Shown one piece after another: positions 6,282 to 11,982 of a stretch of 24,735 bases of DNA (position 1 is the first letter of the stretch; each line of letters opens with the position of its first letter). The translations under genes were made by a program, and so were the position numbers. The stretch covers positions 1 to 24,735 of IMG/VR virus record IMGVR_UViG_3300032218_001005; one strand, 5' to 3'. The stretch is from a virus. Lineage: Duplodnaviria; Caudoviricetes. Below the pieces are notes generated by a model. The model had not been told where the DNA came from, searched no databases, and saw only the letters and a list, made by a program, of their open reading frames with translations.

Positions 6282-6660
6282 CGTCTAGAGTGGCATCTAG
6301 GCGATGAATCGACAGTGAACCCCGCAGAGTACTGTGTGGTCTTGCAAGGTAGCAAGCGTGACTTTTGTCGATTCAATCGTTTAGCTGCTGCTCTCGCCAA
6401 GAGCCAAGACCACAGAGCATTTTGCGGGGTTTTTGCTTTTGGACAACACAATGCGGTACGTCGATGGTTGTGTTTGAGATACCCCGATACACGAGCAAGC
6501 CAAATCGGGGAGCGTGGGCTAATTGCTAGAGCGCGGTGGTTGAAACAGTCTGGCATAGTGCGATGCGATGACATGGCTCCGAAGAGCAACATCGAAGCAC
6601 AGGCGAACTTTGGTTTTGACCACGGTAAGGCTGTGCTTTGCTCCAACATTCACCAAAGAG
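6282..6660 (+). ncRNA. Candidate large structured RNA, two pseudoknotted domains (6282-6440 and ~6445-6660); family not recognised
   Basis: Hand-checked helices: 6282-89/6296-6303, 6318-44/6405-31 (25 of 27 paired), 6305-15/6365-75, 6348-58/6378-89, 6390-94/6400-04, 6482-88/6504-10, 6525-30/6549-54, 6594-6602/6631-39, 6536-45/6614-23, 6608-14/6652-58. G-U pairs favour the + strand. Confidence 0.7.
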
Positions 6661-6675
6661 CAATAAGGAATACAG

Positions 6676-6993
6676 ATGAGACAGTGCAAATGTGGTGGGT
6701 TGATAAGGGAACATCAGCTTACAGGGTACAGAATTGCATGGACTTGCAATAGTTGTGGTCGATATGAACAAATTAACTTGATGGAGAAAAAAATGCCAAT
6801 TGGGTTCAAACAAGAAAACGCATTGCAGATTTATGGTAATGGTGAAGGTTTTGTTGTTATTGAAGAATGGGAAACCAGTGACTGTGTTGATTTGTTAGGT
6901 AAAGTTGAAATCAGTTATGACAAATTTAAACAGATGATTGAGTTCCACGCTGAAGATTTATTAAAAGAAGCAATTGGAACTAATGATGTTTGA
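6676..6993 (+). CDS. Zinc-ribbon domain (CxC...CxxC) fused in frame to an acidic domain
   Basis: SD TAAGGA before ATG 6676; second GGAG plus in-frame ATG at 6793. Confidence 0.7.
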   Translation: MRQCKCGGLIREHQLTGYRIAWTCNSCGRYEQINLMEKKMPIGFKQENALQIYGNGEGFVVIEEWETSDCVDLLGKVEISYDKFKQMIEFHAEDLLKEAIGTNDV

Positions 6994-7342
6994 ATCAGGC
7001 TTTGATAGATTTTGGGCGGCATGGCCAACAAGTACCCGAAAGGGTGGCAAATCAGATTGCCGTAAACGCTGGGAACGCTTTTACTGTGAAACTTGCGTTG
7101 ACCAAATCCTAAAACACATTGAATGGATGAAAACAACCGACCAATGGCGTAAAGATGGAGGCGCTTACATTCCAGCACCTGCGGTTTACCTTAATCAACG
7201 CCGATGGGATGGCGCTGAAATACCTGAAGTTAAGAAGACCATCAATATTTTGGAAAAAATTGCCGAGGAACGCGCAAGAGCTGTCCCAATTCCCCCCGAA
7301 ATTAAAGCTAAGTTTGATGCGCTGCGGGGGCGAAATGGATAA
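6983..7342 (+). CDS. Short protein resembling the C-terminal helical domain of phage replication initiators/organisers
   Basis: FDRFWAAWP...KGGK...W...KDGGAYIPAPAVYLNQRRWD pattern; occupies the O-gene position; likely start ATG 6983. Confidence 0.65.
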   Translation: MMFESGFDRFWAAWPTSTRKGGKSDCRKRWERFYCETCVDQILKHIEWMKTTDQWRKDGGAYIPAPAVYLNQRRWDGAEIPEVKKTINILEKIAEERARAVPIPPEIKAKFDALRGRNG

Positions 7343-7574
7343 AGATGAAGCAAACCGACTTCTTGACCGACACAAAGAAACCAAAGAACTTAGCTATGCT
7401 GACACCACAGCAGCGCTTAGAGCTACAGGAGACCTTGAGGACGATGGAAGCGCGGGAGTGGGTGAAAAGATACCGCAAGAAAGTGAAAGACCTTGGGAAA
7501 ACGAAAGCATCCGCTTGGTGGTCACAAATTTACTTAGGGATCGAAAAACAGCGTGGATCAGCCGCCGCCGCTGA
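7335..7574 (+). CDS. Hypothetical protein (MDKDEANRLLDR...ALRATGDL)
   Basis: ATG 7335 overlaps the end of the upstream gene; amphipathic N-terminal ~35 aa. Confidence 0.55.
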   Translation: MDKDEANRLLDRHKETKELSYADTTAALRATGDLEDDGSAGVGEKIPQESERPWENESIRLVVTNLLRDRKTAWISRRR

Positions 7575-7611
7575 CCTTAGAAAGCGAATGAATGATGCAA
7601 ATAATCTTTAA
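7345..7611 (+). CDS. Basic helical hypothetical protein (EAREWVKRY...RGSAAAADLRKRMN); start may be 7396
   Basis: Protein-like amphipathic helices; the 3' end overlaps the rusA start. Confidence 0.65.
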   Translation: MKQTDFLTDTKKPKNLAMLTPQQRLELQETLRTMEAREWVKRYRKKVKDLGKTKASAWWSQIYLGIEKQRGSAAAADLRKRMNDANNL

Positions 7612-8014
7612 TGTCGTTGGCGACCCAAAAGGCAAAGGCCGTCCCCGCTTTTCCCGCTTTAGCAAGTTCACCAAGGTTTACACCGACCAACAAACGCTAG
7701 ATTACGAAACCGCCATCGGAATTAGCGCTTCCCAAGCAATGGGTTCATCCCAGCCGCTAGAAAGCCCTGTAGAGGTCTTTTTATACGTCAGGCTACCCAT
7801 TCCTCAGTCGTACTCAAAAAAACGCTCTGAGGCCTGTTTAAATGGCTCTGAACGCCCAAAAAAGAAACCTGACATCGACAACGTTGCAAAAGTCTTTTTG
7901 GATGCGATGAACGGGATTGTTTACAAAGATGACACGCAAGTAGTCTCATTACACGTTAACAAGGTCTATGCACAAGAATCGGGCGTAGACGTTTTGATAA
8001 GAGAAGCAGAATGA
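7592..8014 (+). CDS. rusA: RusA-family Holliday junction resolvase
   Basis: PKGKGRPRF, catalytic KPDIDNVAK--LDAMNG and DDTQV. Confidence 0.94.
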   Translation: MMQIIFNVVGDPKGKGRPRFSRFSKFTKVYTDQQTLDYETAIGISASQAMGSSQPLESPVEVFLYVRLPIPQSYSKKRSEACLNGSERPKKKPDIDNVAKVFLDAMNGIVYKDDTQVVSLHVNKVYAQESGVDVLIREAE

Positions 8015-8340
8015 AACCTGAAGAAGCAGCACAGCAAATCAGAGACAAAGCGCCAGCTTATGGTGAAGCCAAAGCCCAAAGGGTTTATCTTGAAGAATTC
8101 CGCAAAAGCCAAAAAGCTTTACTTATGAAAGATGCGCTAGAAATGGGGTTTGAAGCCGCCAATGCACAGGAACGTGAAGCGTATGCTGACCCTGTTTATC
8201 AGAAATTACTTAAGGGATTGGCTGCGGCAATTGAACAAGAAGAAACGCTTAGATGGGAATTAGAAAGCCTGCGCTTGGATATTGAGATATTCAGAACGCG
8301 GGAAGCCACCAACAGAATGCAAGATAAGGCACACCAATGA
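8011..8340 (+). CDS. Coiled-coil phage protein (EREAYAD motif), possibly UvsY-like
   Basis: ATGA-coupled at both ends; all-helical. The UvsY resemblance is an impression only. Confidence 0.6.
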   Translation: MKPEEAAQQIRDKAPAYGEAKAQRVYLEEFRKSQKALLMKDALEMGFEAANAQEREAYADPVYQKLLKGLAAAIEQEETLRWELESLRLDIEIFRTREATNRMQDKAHQ

Positions 8341-8543
8341 AATGCCCCGTATGCGGGACTTGGACCATTGTCAAAGAAACCCGAACTAGCACTGGAAACA
8401 CCCGCAGGCGCAGACTAGAGTGCGCTAATGAACATCGATTTACCACTTTGGAGACTGTGATTGTTCCCAAAACATCAGTACGTCAGAAGCAAAAAGGTTT
8501 TGGAATTAGTACGGACTTTGCGTTGCCAAAACTGCAAGGTTAG
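8337..8543 (+). CDS. Stand-alone NrdR-N/Ogr-like zinc-ribbon protein
   Basis: MKCPVCG...VKETR...RRRRLECANEHRFTTLE parallels the NrdR N-terminus (CP-C...DSR...RRRREC--C--RFTT-E); no ATP-cone. Confidence 0.8.
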   Translation: MKCPVCGTWTIVKETRTSTGNTRRRRLECANEHRFTTLETVIVPKTSVRQKQKGFGISTDFALPKLQG

Positions 8544-8811
8544 CGATGGAACCATAGTTGCCGCACACACCAATTGGGGCGGGGGTAAAGGTCGGTCAAT
8601 CAAAGCAGACGATAACCTTGTGGCGGCGCTTTGCCATAAATGTCATACCCTGATCGACCAAGGCAAATTATCCAAAGCAGAACGCATGGACATTTGGGAA
8701 CGCGCCCATTTACTTACCCTGCACCAACTAGTTCTGCAGGGTTTGTGGCCAAAAAACGTACCCTTGTCGGATCAATACTTACGCATTGAGGGCAAAGGTG
8801 CTGACTTCTGA
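8461..8811 (+). CDS. DUF1364/YbcO-like zinc-binding HNH-type protein
   Basis: CQNC...TIVAAH...GKGRSIKADD...LCHKCH--IDQ; nin-region position. Confidence 0.75.
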   Translation: MFPKHQYVRSKKVLELVRTLRCQNCKVSDGTIVAAHTNWGGGKGRSIKADDNLVAALCHKCHTLIDQGKLSKAERMDIWERAHLLTLHQLVLQGLWPKNVPLSDQYLRIEGKGADF

Positions 8812-8990
8812 CTAGCCTCATGCGAGCGTGGGGGGTGGGCGTGCGCCATGTCGGTCTTTTCGTGTTTCTTTAACTCTTTTTCCAAAGCAGCTACTTTGCG
8901 AGCTTCTTTTTTATATTCACGTTCAATAACGTACTCTTTGGCTTCATGCGCTTTGGATTCGCCGCGGGTAATGGTGAAGTTGGTGGCCAT
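8772..8990 (-). CDS. Charged hypothetical protein, last gene of the late operon
   Basis: SD AGGAG; overlaps the convergent gene by 40 nt. Confidence 0.7.
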   Translation of the reverse strand: MATNFTITRGESKAHEAKEYVIEREYKKEARKVAALEKELKKHEKTDMAHAHPPRSHEASQKSAPLPSMRKY

Positions 8991-8999
8991 GATTGCTCC

Positions 9000-9428
9000 T
9001 TATGCGTAGGCTCGGGTTCCTGATTTGTCAATGATAAGCGCCATTGACCGCGGTTGTGCATCTTCTGTGTTGGGAATAGAAACGTGTGTCCAGCGGTCAA
9101 ATTCCCGAATTACTTGGTCATAAGGCAAATTTGCTTCAATAATGGCGCTGACAACCTCATCAGGCGTCATGCCTGGCACACGAATATCTGCAGCGCAGCC
9201 ATGTCTATGTTGACTGGAATCTTTTGAACCCACTGCTTGATTTACCTCATGACAGCGAAATGCACTATTTATAATTATAGGTTTGCCACCTAGTACTATT
9301 TTGACTTGCTCTAAAAAAGCCGCTAAACGCACCAAATTAGCCATTTCCGCATCATTAGGCGTATTGTCAAACTCTCGATGATCGGTGTGGGTTAACTCTT
9401 CATAAGTGAAGTTTTCTGACAAGTTCAT
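9000..9428 (-). CDS. Endolysin, peptidase M15A family
   Basis: LSENFT-EEL, INSAFRC--VN-AVG, SQH--G-AAD and WTHVS zinc-peptidase motifs. Confidence 0.92.
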   Translation of the reverse strand: MNLSENFTYEELTHTDHREFDNTPNDAEMANLVRLAAFLEQVKIVLGGKPIIINSAFRCHEVNQAVGSKDSSQHRHGCAADIRVPGMTPDEVVSAIIEANLPYDQVIREFDRWTHVSIPNTEDAQPRSMALIIDKSGTRAYA

Positions 9429-9907
9429 GGTTTTCCTTTCAGGGTTTGGTAGACGGCGTTATAGGCATCGATGCAGGCGTTGAGCTGTCGGGTGTTTGCG
9501 TCTCCTTGGTCGGTGATGGCGACAAGAGATTGAGCAATCGTTGGGTCAAGTTCGGCGTTTGTTTGAACGCTATCTCTGGGGGCAGAGGGGGCATCTGTGG
9601 GGGTTGATAAGGGACACTCGGGGGCTTTAATAGGAAGCCGCAACTTGAGAGCGCCAGAGGCAATAGCAGCGTCACGCTTTGCAATTTCAATTTTTGCATT
9701 TTGATTTACCTTTACTAATTGACCAGCTTGTGCATTTACCGCAGCCACCAAAGCCTGCTCTTTTTCCCTTGCGACTTGATTGGCCATTGCAATCTCAATT
9801 TGCTGGCGGGAATTTTCATCATGCTTGCCTTTGAAATAGCCACCGCCAAACGTGCTTAACAACGTCAGCATCAGACCAAGCAAAATCCAAGGGTTAAATA
9901 AGCTCAT
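9425..9907 (-). CDS. Rz: Rz-like inner-membrane spanin
   Basis: N-terminal TM, coiled coil, ASGALKLRLP--C, AELD and QLNAC; adjacent to the endolysin. Confidence 0.88.
   Translation of the reverse strand: MSLFNPWILLGLMLTLLSTFGGGYFKGKHDENSRQQIEIAMANQVAREKEQALVAAVNAQAGQLVKVNQNAKIEIAKRDAAIASGALKLRLPIKAPECPLSTPTDAPSAPRDSVQTNAELDPTIAQSLVAITDQGDANTRQLNACIDAYNAVYQTLKGKP
9439..9699 (-). CDS. Rz1: Rz1-like outer-membrane spanin lipoprotein embedded in Rz
   Basis: Alternate frame wholly inside Rz; signal peptide MQKLKLQSVTLLLPLALSS-C with lipobox; Pro-rich mature part. Confidence 0.75.
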   Translation of the reverse strand: MQKLKLQSVTLLLPLALSSCGFLLKPPSVPYQPPQMPPLPPEIAFKQTPNLTQRLLNLLSPSPTKETQTPDSSTPASMPITPSTKP

Positions 9908-10209
9908 GGGGTTTCGGGTTTAACAAGTTCAGGCTTTGGAGTTTTAGGAGGCGCAGGAAGCGCTGTAGCCTGCGATCCATGCCCAACCGCTACCAACGTA
10001 CCAATGATGGAAATCATGCTGATTAAGACTGTTTTAAGCAATTCCATCAGGAAAGCATCGTTAGGAGCCTGCTTGACCATTGGTTGGGTAACGAACATAA
10101 CGCAATAAAGCACACCAAAAACAACGCCGATAACGCACAGCACAAATCCGAGTGTGGTCATGAATTGGCTTAAAGCGTGCCACTCTTCAGGGGTTCTTCT
10201 TGTAGGCAT
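9904..10209 (-). CDS. Two-TM membrane protein, holin candidate
   Basis: Two hydrophobic helices with charged or Pro-rich termini; coupled to Rz. Confidence 0.6.
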   Translation of the reverse strand: MPTRRTPEEWHALSQFMTTLGFVLCVIGVVFGVLYCVMFVTQPMVKQAPNDAFLMELLKTVLISMISIIGTLVAVGHGSQATALPAPPKTPKPELVKPETP

Positions 10210-10387
10210 CGTAAATCTCCTTTGGAATTAAGTCTTTGGTGCAAGTACCTGATGCTTCACATTGAGGTGGTTCACATTCAGCTTTACCCCAATTTGTTGG
10301 ATTTTGGCAAGGATAGCGGTAAGTGTCTTGGCATCCAGTTAACAAAACCAAAAGGACAGATAAAAACCAAATTTCATATACGTTCAT
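10187..10387 (-). CDS. Small Cys-rich lipoprotein
   Basis: From ATG 10387: MNVYEIWFLSVLLVLLTG-C lipobox, then YRYPCQNP-NW---EC-PP-C---GTC. Confidence 0.8.
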   Translation of the reverse strand: MNVYEIWFLSVLLVLLTGCQDTYRYPCQNPTNWGKAECEPPQCEASGTCTKDLIPKEIYDAYKKNP

Positions 10388-10667
10388 CTTTTTCCCTTTG
10401 CTTTTTTTCCACTTCACGCCTTAACTTTTCAACCTTTTCCAACTGCGCTTTGGCTTCTTGTTTGGCTTCCAAAACGTCAAAGTACAACATCCCCAAAATA
10501 GGAAGCATAAACACCACCAAGACGCAAGCCGCAATCCAGCCCATGACTATTTCCCAATCCTGCTCAAAACGCCGATCAGCAACCACAAATATAGGAGGAA
10601 TAGGAAAGTCACTAGCAGATACGTTTGCCTTTCTCTTAGTAGGCGCTCCTCCTCTTTGCGTTGCCAT
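10374..10667 (-). CDS. Single-TM protein with C-terminal coiled coil
   Basis: TM IVMGWIAACVLVVFMLPILGMLYF followed by a charged helix; start uncertain. Confidence 0.65.
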   Translation of the reverse strand: MATQRGGAPTKRKANVSASDFPIPPIFVVADRRFEQDWEIVMGWIAACVLVVFMLPILGMLYFDVLEAKQEAKAQLEKVEKLRREVEKKQREKDERI

Positions 10668-11221
10668 GTCTCTGCATCTCTTTTCTTTCTAGCCTTTTCT
10701 TGTTCGCCAGCAATCACATCTTTCATGGCGAAAACCTCAGAATACAAAGCACCCATCTCAGGCGGGGATTGGTAGACCATGCACTCTCTAATCTGAACTA
10801 CCAACCTTTCCATCTCTTGTTGCGCTAAAACCCTGTTTAACGCCTCTTCCATCAAGTTCACATCATCCGCAAAAACCACAGTCCTTGATCGTTCTTCAGC
10901 CTCTCTAATGTGCGCTTCTAATTGTTCTTGCAGTTTAAAAAACTCAGTCAGATTCTTTACGATTTCTGCTTTAACTTGAGTTTCTTCAACAGGAACATAC
11001 TCAGACTTTTTAGCTTTGACAATAGGCTTGCTGTCTTTGTTACCAAAGAAACCCAGCAACGAACCCCAAAATCCTTTAACCTCTTTACCAATAGAAACAA
11101 CTTCATCCGCAGTTCGCTTGATTGAGACAAACTGCTCTTTAGCTTGTTTATATAGGTCGCACCCTTGCTGGATATTTTTGACCAACCCAGCTGCAAGGAG
11201 GCAAATGGAGATTGGATCAAT
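10547..11221 (-). CDS. Coiled-coil protein with C-terminal TM; probable ATT start, 224 aa
   Basis: The frame is open from ATT at 11221 (IDPISICLLAAGLVKNI...) with SD AAGGA 6 nt upstream; the track starts at TTG 11185. Confidence 0.7.
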   Translation of the reverse strand: MDPISICLLAAGLVKNIQQGCDLYKQAKEQFVSIKRTADEVVSIGKEVKGFWGSLLGFFGNKDSKPIVKAKKSEYVPVEETQVKAEIVKNLTEFFKLQEQLEAHIREAEERSRTVVFADDVNLMEEALNRVLAQQEMERLVVQIRECMVYQSPPEMGALYSEVFAMKDVIAGEQEKARKKRDAETWQRKEEERLLRERQTYLLVTFLFLLYLWLLIGVLSRIGK

Positions 11222-11224
11222 TTT

Positions 11225-11434
11225 CTATCCTTTGTGAAACCAGTTTGTGACATACCCAATCACGCTAGACAACGCAGAAACAACAGCCATGCCCATCCAA
11301 AACCCACCCTTAGACTGGTTGGCCAGCTCTAACAACTTGTCCATGCTGGCCTCTAATTTGTCAATCTTGGCTTCTAAAGATTCAACCTTTTGCCAAAGAA
11401 CGCCATATTTAACCAAATCTATTTTTTCATCCAT
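11225..11434 (-). CDS. Small coiled-coil plus TM protein (holin-like or XhlA-like)
   Basis: Heptads VESLEAKIDKLEASMDKLLEL, then KGGFW and a TM helix; first gene after the structural block. Confidence 0.65.
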   Translation of the reverse strand: MDEKIDLVKYGVLWQKVESLEAKIDKLEASMDKLLELANQSKGGFWMGMAVVSALSSVIGYVTNWFHKG

Positions 11435-11436
11435 GA

Positions 11437-11979
11437 TTAAGTTTTTTGAATGTAGGCCAAAGCATAGTACAAAGGCAAATTCGTACCGCTTGAGCTGGTT
11501 GCAGCCGAAGTAAAGCCACCAGTATTACCCACAGAATAAGTGTTACCAGCGCCAACAATAAATCTGTCTCGCAAATCAGGTGTTCCATTAGAACCATTAC
11601 AAATGACATATCCACTAGGAATAGACCCAATTGATCCCGACCACGCAATAATCGCCCCTGATGGCACAGCAGTCGCAGAAGCCACGCTAGACGGGATTCC
11701 ATAAAGATTGTCATACGTTTGGATGGTCACGCTTGCAGAATCCTGCAATACAAACTTGTATGAATAACCCGAGTTCAGCCAAATCTCATTAGGTGGGCGA
11801 CCATCTGTACCAAGCTGAATAGGATTGGTGTTAGACACACCACCTGTGGAGTCTGTATACGTCCCTAAAGGCGTAGAAGAACCCGCTTGATAGGTATAGA
11901 TGAACCCGCCGTTTAATGGCAGTCCTGTGGTGGTAAAGAACTGAAATCCGTTACCGATGGGGGATAGTAGGTAAGCCAT
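11437..11979 (-). CDS. Short tail appendage protein: head-binding-like N-domain plus tail-collar domain
   Basis: G-PLNGG-IYTY-AG-STP--TYTD...NTNPI-L---GR, then the collar motif PSGAIIAWSG...PSGYVICNGSNGTPDLRDRFIVGAG. Confidence 0.8.
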   Translation of the reverse strand: MAYLLSPIGNGFQFFTTTGLPLNGGFIYTYQAGSSTPLGTYTDSTGGVSNTNPIQLGTDGRPPNEIWLNSGYSYKFVLQDSASVTIQTYDNLYGIPSSVASATAVPSGAIIAWSGSIGSIPSGYVICNGSNGTPDLRDRFIVGAGNTYSVGNTGGFTSAATSSSGTNLPLYYALAYIQKT

Positions 11980-11982
11980 TTT

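Noticed and set aside
6318-6440. Simple Rho-independent terminator or a tRNA
   Set aside because: The stem encloses a 60-nt branched insert with external pairings, so terminator function may be only part of it. No T-loop, anticodon arm or 7-bp acceptor geometry for a tRNA.
6267-6752. 161-aa + strand ORF (and minus-strand ORFs 6158-6649 and 6526-6813) across the structured region
   Set aside because: No SD, the ATG lies inside the predicted promoter, no recognisable motif, and it overlaps the 6676 gene. Dense base pairing explains the region better, though coding is not formally excluded.
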